From Epiperipatus broadwayi (taxonomy: Eukaryota > Animalia > Onychophora): a stretch of 64,000 nucleotides of DNA. Position numbers and translations under genes: made by a program. The stretch covers positions 28,086,001-28,150,000 of the forward strand of contig JAQFVV010000003.1 of NCBI GenBank assembly GCA_028023455.1, read 5' to 3'. The notes under the pieces are model-generated. The model was not told the origin of the DNA. It made no database searches and saw nothing but the letters and a program-made list of their open reading frames with translations. Of this stretch, positions 23,115 to 37,137 are shown in pieces (positions within the stretch are counted from its first letter, which is position 1; each line of letters begins with the position of its first letter).

Positions 23115-26100
23115 GACCTCTTCTGCTATATGAACCGTTTAAAAGAATTATATCTCTTGTTAATTTATTATCAATACCCTGCTCACCATTTAAAAAAAAA
23201 AAATTAATTATGCAGTTATATGAAAATAACTTACTGTTTTTAGCACATGAGGAAATGCTATTAAAATATATTTACTCTCTGTCCGAATATTGCTATTAAA
23301 TTAAATATCTGCAAGAAAACCTGGAATTGACTAATCTTTTGTGTTGTAAAAAAATATAAATAATTTTATATGCTTCGTTCTCTCTAAATATTAATGATTT
23401 AAAATACTCTATAAGGATGTGAATGAAAAAAACTTTAAAATATATTCGTTTATTTAAAATAGTTTTCTATAATATTCCACAAGACGTTTTTGAAATGCAT
23501 TGTGTTATTTGCAGGCTATCCAGTTTATTTTTTAAAAAATGTTTTAAATAAAAGATTATTAAAATTCAAACACCTGGATTTGACTTTTATTATCAGTCAT
23601 TTAAACTTGTTTGTGCTTCTTGGAAAAATATAAAGAAGTTACAAATATTTTGCTTATTTCATTAAAACCATGGATCCGGAAAAAAAAAAAAAAAGGTTCT
23701 ATGAAATAAATAATGCTACACTTCAACGTTGTTAAATGAATTTTTTTCTAACTAGATTTCATATTGGCCAACTTTTCCAAATGTTCATGAATGCTATATT
23801 TAGATATAATTTAGAACTAAGAACTTTTAATGCTTATTATTATTATGCTTATCCGGAATTATATTTGCTATTATAAAAGGAAAATTCTTATTCTTCATTG
23901 GTACATCTTGTAGACAATCCGCCAAAGAAGAACTTTGCGCCCTCAGCAAACTGCTCTTAACGGAAAATTTCTGTTAGTGAACTAAGGTGTTTTAAAAAAA
24001 AAAATTAATATTTTTTTATTCTATTTTAATATTATTATGATATTCTTATCATTATATCATGTGTTAAGATAATTTTTATTGCTATTGTTATTTTAATGGA
24101 TTTATGCTAGAATGTATTGGTATTTCCATACATTCACAGGTAAAATTTATACATTTCATTATCTATTAGAGATATTCATCTCTTACATTTACTTTCTATT
24201 ACAAGGTTCATGAATGTTTCATTCACTCATTGGTAAAACAGTTTTAGAAGTGTTTATCAGAAGTCTAGTATGTTTACTATTATTATGATAATATAATAGC
24301 TTACCGTTATATACCAATTTAATTGCGTGTTTATCTGCTTCATATTATACTTTATTTTGCATTACATCTACTTATTTATTTAGATTTTATACCATTTATT
24401 TCATATATGTGTGTATTTCTATTATCCATTGCCAGAATTTTATTGTGCTCTTACATTTGATAACCACTATTGTTGGTGTCAGAGATTCCCTATTGTTTTG
24501 AATAATTTTATGCATATATTAAATTAGTCATCTTATTAGTGTTAAGTTATCTTGCCATTGTTTTTTGTATGAGATGTTTGCCTTAGAAATTAGGCCTATG
24601 TTATAATAATTTATTGTGCCTTGTGGGATGAGAAGCTCTCCCCATGGTTTATATTTATTCCATGAGATTGATAGTGCTTTGTATTTTTGTGATAGTTATC
24701 ACTTTTCATTATTACTAAAGGTATCTAGATCCCTAGAGAGGATCATTTATATTTGGTATGTCTTTCGACATTTTCTTGATGTGCTGCGACAAAGTCCAGG
24801 CATCCTCTTTTGCCTCAGATGTAGGTATTTGAAAGCCACCACTTTCATTGATATTTTCTTCTTCTGTGGAGCCTATGTTTTTCCTATCACTCATGATGAG
24901 CTTTTGTATTTTCCACAATAGTAGGTGAAGTTATCTTTGTATTAGAATTGACATGACAATAATTAGTAAATTATAAGCAAGAATAATAAGTGGTGATCAC
25001 ATGAAGTTTATGGAGAGTTAGTTCTTCAGGTAACACTATGTACAGTGCTTTGTGGTGTATAACAATGTCTTTTTGTGTTGCTGAGTCGTTTGGCCAGCCA
25101 TAAGTAAACCAACAATATATTTATATCTTTTAAACATTTAATATTTAGCACTTGGCATTTAGATAATACATACACCTTATGTTAGCTGTATACCCAGCTG
25201 GATCACCTCACTGATGGATTTGTAAGTCATTTGATTTTTAAAATATTATTATTATTATTATAATAGGACAGTAATTTGGTATGATTTATGTGTGTGACTT
25301 CTGGTAAATGGTCCACTTTTCATTTAAAAATTTATGTAGAAGCTTAAATTGTCTAAATCTTATAATTAGTGATATTCTGCCAACCTGTTTATTAAAACCC
25401 AGTTAGCATATAATGCAATGTTAATTTAGTTGCCTGAATTCCATAATTATTAGTATTGTAATAGTTTATTATTTATTTAAGCTCATTTAATTTTAATTTA
25501 GCCTAATAGATATGTTAATTTATCTTTCAAGGCTATAATAAAAGTTACTTGACAAAAATGTGTATTTTAAATTGTTAGCTCAGCTTAGTATAAGCTAAAC
25601 TCTTGATATTACTTATTTTAAATTTTTAATTATCTATAAGCTAATTTAAGATACAAGATAATTTTATTGTTAAACCAATCTTGTGGGAATATTTGATGTA
25701 AAACCTACTTAAAGGATTTGTATTTGAACCTTAGAAATATTGTCAGTAAATATCTGTATGCGCTTATATGCCAATTGATGTAAACTAATTATAACAGCAC
25801 TTATGTTGGCAAATAATTCCAAATGTTTAATGTAAATATAATAAAAACTTATACATATTATTAATTTTTTATATCTAATCATTAATAAATTTAATCATTG
25901 TTATTTAAGTATTTAGTTTCTGTTTTTCTATATGTCATTTGTCTTGAATTCACAAAATCTTATGTGTCCATTAAAAGTATTAAGTATCCCATTTGCAAAG
26001 ATTACAATATTTACAATTCTGATTTCTAGTAGAAATCTGGGTAATAGATAACCCAAATTTTGCAGTTCCAAAACTTGACATTTCAATGAAAATCTTTTAC

Positions 26101-28593
26101 AAAAACTTTTCTATTCCAAAGATTGGAATTTCGTATAAGAGAAATTAAAGTTGAATATTTTGAGATAAATTCAGATTAATACAATTTTGGTGAAGATTAG
26201 TCTAGCTATTTTCAAACTGCACTCATGATTAATCATTTCTTTATAATTTGAAGATATAATCATTGCACTTGATAATTTAGTTTGTGTTGTCTGTGGAATA
26301 ATAGAAAGACATAAAATGTACCCTTTCTTTCTATTGTTTTCGAATGATATCCTAGATAAATGGCTATGATTATTCTGAATTTAGAATAGGTATTATGCAA
26401 TTACTTAGCAAATTAAATATTTTCTTTGTGTAATTATTTCTGTTGTAATAAAATATTAGGAAGTAATTTCTTATAAGAAAAGCTCCTAGAGTCTCCCAGG
26501 ATATTAGTTATTCATTGGCAACCAGTGATTACAGAAGAATTCCTAAAAGATATTCAGAACCCTGAGATGATCATTATTGTTTTTATGTTCATATTATTGA
26601 ATAAATCATTCATTTAAATTACATCTTGTTCTAGCAAAAGATACTATAATTAGTCCATGTGCTATTTGAGAAGTAAACTGTATTTTTTTATTACTCTGCA
26701 AGAGAAGAGTATTTGAATTCATGCTTCCTTTGACATTCTCATATAGCAAATATTAAATATTAAGATATTTTAAGATGAAGAACAGTATAAAAGGTTCTGT
26801 TGGTGCAAATAACTTATATATTCAAAGAATATATTCTGATGGAGGGAAAGTAAAAGTATTTTATGGATAAGAATGAACAGTTTTCCTCTTCCTTATTTCA
26901 TTTGTAATTATTTAATTGTGTAATAAATATTATTATTATTATTTTTAAATAAGTATCCTCTTTTATTGTAACCACTACTGAGTCTAGTCCATGTTCCAGA
27001 ATAAGAGTCTCATCCATTTTTCTTTATATCTCTCCCATATTTACAGAAATCTCCCTAGGTTACGATTGACATCCTCAACTCTCTCTGTTAAGGTTGCAAT
27101 ATATATAGATGTGAGAAACAGGTCTGTCCATTTTTAAGAGAATTCACATCATATATATATATTTATAAAATTGTAATAATAAAAAGACTGCTTTCTTTTT
27201 CTTTTAAATTAAATTTTTTTTATTGTATTTTAATTTGATATATCTTCAGAAATAACTACAAAGAAAAATAAAGGTGACAATCAAGTGTTGATTGTAAATG
27301 TGTAAATCTAAAAAATTAAATATTATTGTTTGCAAAGTTCAAAATATTTAAATTATTGTTATAAAGTATGTTGTGTGTATTTTTACAATTTTATAAATAG
27401 TTATTACTTTGGGGGAGGGGGCAAAACAGAAGAAATGTCATTTTGGCAATTGAATGATTAATTTGCATTATATATATATTTAATATATCATATAAACTCT
27501 CATATGCCTATTCATATGCTTTCAAGGATAATTATCTTTACCCTATTCTAGAGACATCTACCATAAAACTTGAGTAATCATATAAATAAGATAATATAGA
27601 GCCAGAGGGTAGAGGAGCTTACTGTTGTTATAGAACTGAGACATTTAAAATATATAGTAATTGTCTTGGTGATGATCTATATAGCTATGCAGTTAGCCTG
27701 GATGTGAGACCTTAGGGTTGATTTTTTTAAAAATTTAGAGTATTAGTTTGAATAGTATAAAAGAGTAAAAGATAGCTACTAAATATGTAAGGGCATTATT
27801 TCTAGTTTTGAATCCTAATCTTCACTGACAAAGTCAAAAGCCATAAATGTCAGTTTGAAGATTGTTTTTATTTATAGATTTTATTAAAAAGTCAGCCAAT
27901 TTTTATCAAAATTTATAAATTACACATTTGTTTCTAAAAATAATTACTATTGACCTTTTATCAGTTTTTTACTAGTTCTTATTTTAAATAATAAATCAAT
28001 ATAATAATACAACTTATAAAATACAATATGACAATTTGTCAATTGCTAAAACAGAGAACTATTAATATAAATAAAATAACTATTGCCAAGCGCTTTCAAC
28101 TCTATGAGTCCTTATCAAGGCATTAAAAAACTCCCATTTTCTCCTAAGCGATAAATTCAAAATTTCATTGCATTGGCCAGGAACAACTAATCAGAAAACT
28201 GGTTAATTTTGAATTCATAGCATAAGATGAATTAATAGCATTATTTTATTGTTATTTAAAAATATGTTATTTATGCTTACAATAAATAGCAAAGAAAAAA
28301 TCTTTTCTTGTTTATATTATAGCAAGCTAAAAAAAATTAAATAATATCACCTTAATATAGTAATACAAATTCACAGTTACAATTCATAATTTCATTGGTT
28401 AGAATCTTTAAATGAAATAAGTAAAAAAAAAAAAAACAATAAAATAATATAACTGTCAGAAATCTATTATTTATTAAAGTAATATAATTTTCTACTTCTT
28501 CTTCTCCTATGTATTGATTTCTATTATAACATATCATACCATTGACACCTTCTTTGACACTTTATCAATACTTTTATTTTTATTATTTGTATT

Positions 28594-28635
28594 ACACTAA
28601 CAGTTTCGACTGTCCTGCAGTCATCATCAGAGCAT
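28594..28635 (-). ncRNA. Minimal type I hammerhead ribozyme (mirror copy)
   Basis: Exact reverse complement of 28666-28707. Confidence 0.85.
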
Positions 28636-28665
28636 GTTTAATAACGTATATTAACGTTATTAAAC

Positions 28666-28707
28666 ATGCTCTGATGATGACTGCAGGACAGTCGAAACTG
28701 TTAGTGT
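28666..28707 (+). ncRNA. Minimal type I hammerhead ribozyme
   Basis: atgct-CTGATGA-t-GACTG-cagga-CAGTC-GAAAC-t-GTT-agtgt. Confidence 0.85.
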
Positions 28708-30610
28708 AATACAAATAATAAAAATAAAAGTATTGATAAAGTGTCAAAGAAGGTGTCAATGGTATGATATATTATTTATTAAAAGGAACAAAATCAAGAT
28801 GGGAATATAGTTTCTATATGCACTTTTCAAACAATTATTGTAAATACTGATATCTGATCTCTATGGGTTTATAAGTGTGTGTGTATGGGGGGGGGCATAA
28901 AGTAGATATTTTTTCTTTTATATTGAAGCAATCGATGTCTAATCATCATCGAGCTTCATGTTTCACCATCTATACTAACTTCCTAGGGGTCCGCAATTCA
29001 GACCTTGCTATAAATATATGCTATTCACTCACACACTGTATGCCGAATCATTGGAGAAATTAGTAAAATTAATTTTTATTTAGTAAAGTAAAACAGTAGT
29101 GTGCGTGATGCGTATATATATGAATGAAGCAATAATGTTATTAATGTTTATTGCTGACAACTAAACATTTTCTTTATATAATTGTAAGTTTATTTGTTAT
29201 ATCTATATGTATTTTGATTTAAAGTATTTAATTAAACTATTGGAATGTAACAACAAAGAAAAATGGGGAAGGCTTGGAATACTGAAATTATCTTTATCTC
29301 TAATCAGATCGTTGTCTATAATTAAAATTTATAAATCTTAATTAAGATCGAAAACAAATCGTTTATCAGTTGTTTTCAAATCTTTCAAAACAGCTAAAAT
29401 GATATTTCGAGCCTTATCTGTTGAAAATATTTTGCTAATTAAATGTTGTTTTTAAAGGGATTACAGAGATAGTGTTGGTATATGAAATTGCATTCTGGGC
29501 AGTATTAAAATGTTATAAAAGGAACCACAGAACAAAAGAAGTTAGTTTTTAGTTACTTTCAGATTTTAGTTATCTTTCAGTGAGTTGAGACTTTTGTCAG
29601 TCAGTTTCGAAGCGTTTCAAGACCTTAACTCTAAGAAGCCAGTACAAGTCCTGCATGATGGAGCGTGAGTAAAGGAATCTAGCACCTTTCTCTTCTTCTC
29701 TCGTAGAACTGTCTGCCTGCAACTGCCATGTTCCATCCGGCCGACCATACAACATGATTGCTTCCGACTGCTGATTGCTAATGGTGCCGCTATGCTGTTT
29801 TTCCTTAGGTAACCTTTAACGTAGAACTGCCTTCATAAGTCAATACTTTTGTAATTTGTAATCTATAGTTCAACCTTCATATCTTAATTTATGTATTGAT
29901 TTATAAGCTTCTGCTAATTTTGCTTTTAAACTCTCCGTAATCTTTTATTAATATAAGGTATTTTAACCTACCTTTCATGCTTAATTAACTTATATAGATA
30001 ACTGTGTGCGGCTCCATTAAGATTTTATGTATTTTGGTTTAATGTATAGATATAATCTATTTTCTTTAATATGCCAAAATCGCCAAATTCGCGAGTAAGG
30101 GGGAAATATTTGTTTTACGTGGAAAAAGGGTGGGCTTTATTTAAAACCTATCAATAAAGTTTTGTTTATATTAAATAGAAATTGCTCGCGAGTTTGGTTT
30201 CATTTTAAATTCATTATTCTTAAAGTAAATTAAAAACTTTTACTGTGGATGAATTTTGCTAAATTTACTGCTTTGAATTTGTCTTTAAATTTGTATTTTA
30301 AAAAGATTGTGAACCTTCACAGAATTAATCCATTCCTTTTTTTGCTGGTGCCTGAAGGGTGAATTCTACCAGTTAATACCTATTTGGGAATCGAATTTTA
30401 AATATAAATGTTGTTAGTTTAATAATATTATAAATAGAAGTGTTATTATTCATTATGATTAATTAAATGACTCAGAATTGAAAACAGATTATTGCACGAG
30501 AGGTTAGACCATTTCCAAACTTTAAATAATATTATAAAATTATATAAACGTTGTTGGCATACATTTTCTTTTATTCTGATATTTTATCTTTCCATTTCTT
30601 GATTGCTTTG

Positions 30611-30799
30611 TCATTGGGGCGTCGGAAGCATGAAGCTCCTGTCCTTTTCAAAATCGTTCGTAATCAGGGACACTACTTCCTGTGGACCGTAAAGTTTATG
30701 AGGTTTATGTGCTGCGAATGACAGCATATCCAGATCTGGGCTCTCAAACCCAGCCTCTCCTTTGATATCGCTCCACCAGAATGCGCGGACATATCCCAT
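30611..30799 (-). CDS. Candidate coding exon or fragment, unidentified
   Basis: GC/CpG-richer island. Open frame MGYVRAFWWSDIKGEAGFESPDLDMLSF..., preceded by a possible acceptor acttag. No family recognised. Confidence 0.3.
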   Translation of the reverse strand: MGYVRAFWWSDIKGEAGFESPDLDMLSFAAHKPHKLYGPQEVVSLITNDFEKDRSFMLPTPQ

Positions 30800-31490
30800 C
30801 TAAGTTCGTTTCAAATATTCTTTTAAAATGATAAAATATCCACAATCACCATGAGGCCTTATTTCTTTATTGTATGCTAGTACCGTTACTTTGCTCTTTA
30901 ATTTGACCACCGTCCATGTAACCTTAGTAAGTCACAATGATGTGTTAAAGATAATGACTCATTTCGTAAAATACGTTCAGTATGTTGATCTTAAAACTGC
31001 TTTCGTTTAAAAAAAAAAACATTATCGATTCCCAGAGACATAAATCAATTTGTATAATTTATTCTCGTAAATATTGCACATTGTTTGTTTCTTATGTATA
31101 CTTATTCTAAAGACGTTATGTCCAAACAATGCCTATCAAACATATGTAATGATTTTAAGATTGTAAATAAATGATTGAGACCGTACATTTCTATTTATTT
31201 GTCAAAATGATTAATGTTAAATTATCATGTATCTTTCTGTGATTCGAATCTGTTCCGATCTTGTAGATTCTTTTGTACATCCACAGCATTTCATTTGTAA
31301 ACATTTGTAATTTGGCATATTAACCCGCACAACTTATAACACATTTTATAAAATTATATTCATGAAATAATTGATGTAAAGGGGATTTTACTTGTCAAAA
31401 TGTATAAGATCACTCCAAGCGTGAAGCAATTTTGTAACATATATATATATATATGCATTTTCTACATTTATTAAATATATATAATTTCAT

Positions 31491-31671
31491 AACAATAAAT
31501 ATTCCACCATTCTTTTTAAAAATATATAGTCAATTCATATAATTCTTTAATCAATAAATCTTCACCATAATCTTTTTAAAAACTTTTATTTTCATCATAT
31601 ATATTTAAATATATATGATGAAAATAAAAGTTTTTAAAAAGATTATGGTGAAGATTTATTGATTAAAGAAT
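31491..31671. repeat. Perfect 140-bp palindrome with tail and TSD, no HHR
   Basis: 70-bp arms 31537-31606 / 31607-31676 with zero spacer. 46-nt tail 31491-31536. 13-bp direct repeat tatataatttcat at 31478-31490 and 31672-31684. Confidence 0.9.
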
Positions 31672-32097
31672 TATATAATTTCATGTAAATCTTGGTTTGT
31701 TTTTGAATTCTTATTTTCTAGTTAATATTTAGAACTATTTTCTTTAGCTAAGAGCCTAGCATTAATAAATAACTATAATAAATATAATTCCTGGGCTACT
31801 CCGACCTCGATCACCATTATCAGTCTGATCTTATGCTCTACCACTTTGCTTCTGGGCACGGATTTAAAATAATTTTACTTTGTCCTCAGAATTGTTGTTC
31901 ATTGGGTCAGAAATTCGAAGAATAGGCAAATAGGTTAGAATTCAGGACTGCTCCAGACCTGTGTATCTCGAGCAGGATCGGATTCAAGGTACTTTTGCTT
32001 AGGATTTGAATCTTGTTAAGTGAGCATACTATTTTGACCGGTACAATATTATATTTGAAATCATTACGGAATTAAAATAATATTTTTTTATTCATTA

Positions 32098-32964
32098 ATT
32101 CTTCCACTTCCTTTATTTTTCTATAATATTTAATATCAATACAATTTCTATACCTTACTTCAAACATTTTTTCCTTAGAGCTATGACATAATGACAAATA
32201 AAATAAATAACTATAAATATAATAAAAATGTAATCAATAAAAAATAAATAAAATACAATAAAACATAATAATACTAAAACAAATTAAACATGATATAATG
32301 GAATTAAAACCAAATAAAATAAAATAATGCAGATAATGTAAAATGAAATATAAAATAAATATAGATTGTACATGTATATTCCTATCTGTATGTATGTTCA
32401 TAAACATCCATTCATTTAAATATATTGTTTCTTTTATTATCCCCAAATTAATAAAATATTTATTATTTTACCTTCATAAATGAAGATAAATATATAAAGA
32501 TAAAAGAATAAATATTTTATTAATTTGGGGATAATAAAATTACAATTTGAATTTATAAAGAATAGTAATAATTAGGGGATTATTAAAAAATAATAAAAGA
32601 AATAATATATTTAAATTAATGGTTGATCAAACAGGAATACACCTGTACAATCTCTATTTATTTTATGTTTTATTTTAATAGTGTATATTTTATCTTATTT
32701 TATATTATTTGGATTATTTTATTTGGTTTTAATTCCATTTTATCACATTTAATTTATTTTAATTTTATTATATTTTGTTATACTTTATTTACTTTTTTGT
32801 TGTTACATTTTTTATTGTACTATTTATATACTTATTTATTTTATTTTATTTGTTATTATACCATAGCTCTGAGGAAGACTGCAGGACAGTCAAAATATCA
32901 GATTGTGTCTACAATAAAAAATTGTTTTGTTAAAAGTGTTTGAAGTAAGATGTACAAATTGTAG
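32098..32964. mobile_element. Older HHR-bearing fold-back insertion related to the 28.5-kb family
   Basis: Diverged inverted arms ~32138-32460 / ~32530-32964. Right arm has CTGAGGA-a-GACTG-cagga-CAGTC-AAAATATC at 32869-32899. ~40-nt left tail; degenerate flank repeat tttttttat(t/g)ca(t/a)ta. Confidence 0.75.
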
Positions 32965-34953
32965 TTTTTTTATGCAATAAAACTTTTTTTGTTTGAATCT
33001 GTCATATTATTTTGTTAAGAATTATTCAAGAAAATGAGAAAAATTAACATGAAAACATTAATTTCTATATTTAATTTATATATAAAGAAAGCTAATTTAC
33101 AATTATAAAGAATTTTCTCTTGAAATAATTTCTGTTTGTCATACCTGAAGCAATATGAACTTGGCAATTACTACAACTGTTTCAAAAATATAGCATTGAT
33201 TTCAAGGCTGAATGATCATTTCTTAGTCTACAAAAATTGTATTAGTGAATTGTTTTATTTTATTACACTTGCAAACCTAATTATTCCAATGAAGTATAAA
33301 ACTAACAAACATGTCAGAGGTGTGAAATTATAATAACCTCTTCTTCAGAAAAGTGATGATACTCATAATGTGATTTTTCCATTATCCAGAAAGTTTTATG
33401 TTAATTTTATTTTATATGTGAAATTAAACTAATATTGAGATATACAAAAATTACTATAATTCAATTTGAAGACTAATCATTTGACAACATTGTATTATAG
33501 ATAGATATGTTGTAGATATGTTATTGATTATTATCAATCATGTATTAGGCTACAAATTCTATTATTTTTATTCTGAAATAAATTTAAATATAATTAAAAA
33601 TTGTGATATATCTCCTCTTTATCTCCCCACTCCCAGATGTAATGTCTTAGATATAATTTAAAACTTCTCTTTTACTTTACAAACACATGAATAAAAAAAA
33701 AAGAGTTCCAGGATTCATTTCTAGCTGAACTAGCATTTCAATTGGCCCATGTCATTTTTTCTTAATATGTTCATTATTTTTGTTCATTTCTAAATTTTTT
33801 ACACTCTCTTATTTGATAACATTGTGTTTTAGATAAATATATTAATGATTATAACCAATCACTTATTGAACTAGAGATTACTTTAAACATTTTAATGATT
33901 AATACATCTATTCTTATTAAATAATGTTATTGATTGAATTTTATTCCTCTTTTTCATTAGATGTAATATCATAATTATACTTTAAAATTTCTTATTTTAC
34001 TATACATATTTCAAATTCATGAATAAAGATATCTGAATAAAGATAAGTATTTCCCAAAATACATTTTTGTTTGATTCAGCACTCTTCAATTGTCTTTATT
34101 TATGTATTTAAAATTTATATAATAAAGTAAAAAATTTAAAGAATATCTACGATATTATATATGGACCAAGGTGTATGTGTTGTTTAATTAATACTATCTG
34201 GAACTGGTATTTAATATAACTAGATATGTAAATGTTCAATTAACTATTTGCAGTAATCACATTTCTTTTAATATATGTTTCATGTATAAATGTGAATTCA
34301 GTGCTATATTATATTTTATTTGTGTATTGTTTTCATTAAATGTATTCCTTAATTTATTTTTTTTATTCATACAATTTAGGAGATTGATCTGATGTAGATC
34401 TGTCGAAACTGAAAATAAATAAAGGATAATAAATTATTAAATCTGAGTGCATAAAGATATGGATTTTAAAGGTTTTAAGAAATAAGACATATATAAATTT
34501 GACTGCCCATGATTTATTTCAAATTCAAATGATCTAAAACTTTAAAAAAATTTCTGATAACAAATAGGTTTAGAATTTTTTTAAAATAATCATTGCATTG
34601 TCGACCAAGTAGCTGCCAATTACTTAGGTAATACATGGATACTTGACTGTTTTTAGTTAATTGGCTAGCTTTATCATTCTTTTACTGTTCATTTTTGAAA
34701 GGTGCTTTTGAATGAATCAAACTTCATTTTTTAAAATGTTCAAAGATATAATAACTTTCTCTGCATACTATATATTATTAATCTTTTTTTAAAACAAAAA
34801 TCAAGCCACAGCAGAGCTGAATTACATTTTGATTAATTGAAAATATGTTTATTACATTCAGTTCAGAAAATCATCAACAATTAGTGAGATATTCAAAGCT
34901 AGAGAGAGAAAAGCTGATAAGAAAGATTGTATCAACAGTTGATTTCTTTAAAC

Positions 34954-35329
34954 CAGTGGTATTCAATCTATGGGTTATGACCCTAAACAGGGTTGCAAAA
35001 AATTACCTTGGGTTCGCAAGATGGATGAAAAAATTGTAAATAAATTTAATTTATGACAAAATGATTATAAATGATTAATACTAGTTGATTTTTCAATCTA
35101 ATATTTTGGTAACTACAGAGTTGATTTTCAGTTTATTGTACTTATATTGACACTTATGTTTATTTTGTACGAAATAAAAAATAAATTAACATCTTCATAA
35201 TTTTTAATATTATCTAGTCCTAGTTTTTGAGCAATTAGAATTAGATTATTGATTTTTTAAATTTTGGGTCAGCATGTTACGTTGATGTCCCATGCGGAGT
35301 CATACTGTTAAAATGTTTGAATACCACTG
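34954..35329. mobile_element. hAT MITE (376 bp)
   Basis: TIRs CAGTGGTATTCAA / TTGAATACCACTG; 8-bp TSD ctttaaac (34946-34953, 35330-35337). Confidence 0.93.
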
Positions 35330-37137
35330 CTTTAAACTATTAGAATTAGTCCAGTGAATTCAATCTAGAACTTACAAATTGCTTTGAATTTTTTAAAAAT
35401 ATTTTGAAAATTGTTCAGACTTAATAAGATCAAAAGGAATATAAATATTTTATTAAAAAGTTATGCTGATACCAATAACAAAAATGCAAGGTATTAATTT
35501 TGTTAGCAATTTTTCTACTGAGGTAAGATTATATACTCAGGAAAAATAGGAATATAAAAATAATTAAAAACTACGCATTTTGAACTGAACGTGGGAGATT
35601 ATATACTTTGTTACTTGAAATATATATATATATTAATAAAATAAGTTATGAGAATTCACAGAGAGAAAAAATAAATTAATAAAGTAGATAAATAATAAAT
35701 AGCCAGAATAAGATTAATTAAATTGCTGTAATAAAAAATATTAGATAATCAAGGAAATTTAATTAGTATGAGTTAAAATACTATTTAAATTTACAGAGGC
35801 AAGTTTAAACTGATAATATACTGTAACACGAGCGAAACATATATGTTAAAACTACACATTATAGTCGTGTTACATATTTTTATTTTAAGAGAAAATAGAA
35901 GAAAGCAGTGATTACTTTATTAAAAACGAAATAATGTAAACAGCTTTCTTTTAAGAAAAATAATTGCATCAAAAGTGAACGATTGCATGTGCAAAGTTTT
36001 TTTTAAAAAAAATAGAGTAAAAGATTAGGATTGGAGGGGGGGGGGATTCTTCAGTAAAGGTTGAAACTAGCTCATCCTTTTTATAAATTACAGAAAATAT
36101 ATATATATGAAAAAAAGAAACAATAACAAATAAATGTAAAAATCAAAACAAAAGTTAATTTGTAAAAAGAAAAACTTTTAAATATAATTAATAAAAGATT
36201 ACTGACTGATAAAAGAAAAAATAGAATTAACAATTAAATTAATTTAAACCACACAAACTATTTCATCAAACGATGAGATAGTTAGATTAATCTCGAAATG
36301 AGATTAGATAGCAGACAAAGAACAATAGGAGTGCTTGACTAGCCTTCCGGAGTCCTCAGTACCATCAGATGTTCTCAACCTGGAACCAATGCCTGACCTG
36401 TGATATGTGAGCAGCTGATAATCTCTCTCTCCCATTGTCAACTTGAAGAACAGAAAGGAAACAAGAACCCTTTGATGGAAATCAAAAGGCCAACCAGTTG
36501 GTAGTCAACAAGTAAAAAAAAAAAAAATAGAAAACTGAATAAATGAAGGTGTCATGTGCTAGTGTAAATATCTAGAAATATATATTAATGAATGAACTCT
36601 AATGGACTGTCATAACTAGCCTAAAATAATCTTTAATATTTCTTGTGTTAACTTTATTATATTATGTTATACTTATATGTGTGAGTATAAAATAAGTATT
36701 GGTTTGCTTTGTTACTTGGTCAATTCTCTCTCTCTTGTAACTGCGTCACCAGTAAATTAGTTTTTAAATAAATATATGGGTTGGATAAATGTGTCAAAGA
36801 CTCCCCTTTACAACTGAGAAGAAAAGCTAGCCATGGGATATTTCAAATGCCTGGATTGTAAGCCTGTCATCTGAAACATGCCTACTATATAACCTATAGT
36901 TGGCCGGCAACTGAGATTGATCCTCAAAACAAATGAAATGCTTTGAATGACAGAGGTTTGAATGTGGCAGTTGAGGTTTGGCCACAGTAGCAAATGTTGT
37001 GTTATGCCTTGTATAGCTTGATCTGATCATGGGTATCGTTGATGGCTACATATCAATAGTATTCTCCCCTCAACTTTGAAGGGCCGGTATGTTTCTGTAG
37101 TATTAAAGTTATAGAATAATGATTACCAAGAAGGTTA

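Larger units (their letters stand above)
28479..28769. mobile_element. Miniature HHR-bearing fold-back insertion (PLE pLTR-derived)
   Basis: Perfect 117-bp inverted arms 28531-28647 / 28654-28770 with a 6-nt spacer. 52-nt tail 28479-28530. 14-bp direct repeat tattatttattaaa at 28465-28478 and 28770-28783. Confidence 0.9.

Noticed and set aside
29100-30430. Large solo-LTR-like segment
   Set aside because: TATA- and polyA-like motifs are present but no definable TG...CA ends or TSD.
28531-31676. Perfect palindromes dismissed as amplification or assembly fold-back chimeras
   Set aside because: Each has a one-sided tail and a 13-14 bp flanking direct repeat matching the diverged, clearly genuine elements. 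An artefact is unlikely but not excluded without raw reads.
35822-35874. tgtaacacga...tcgtgttaca short inverted repeat as a MITE or collapsed LTR
   Set aside because: Only 10-bp arms, no TSD, single copy.
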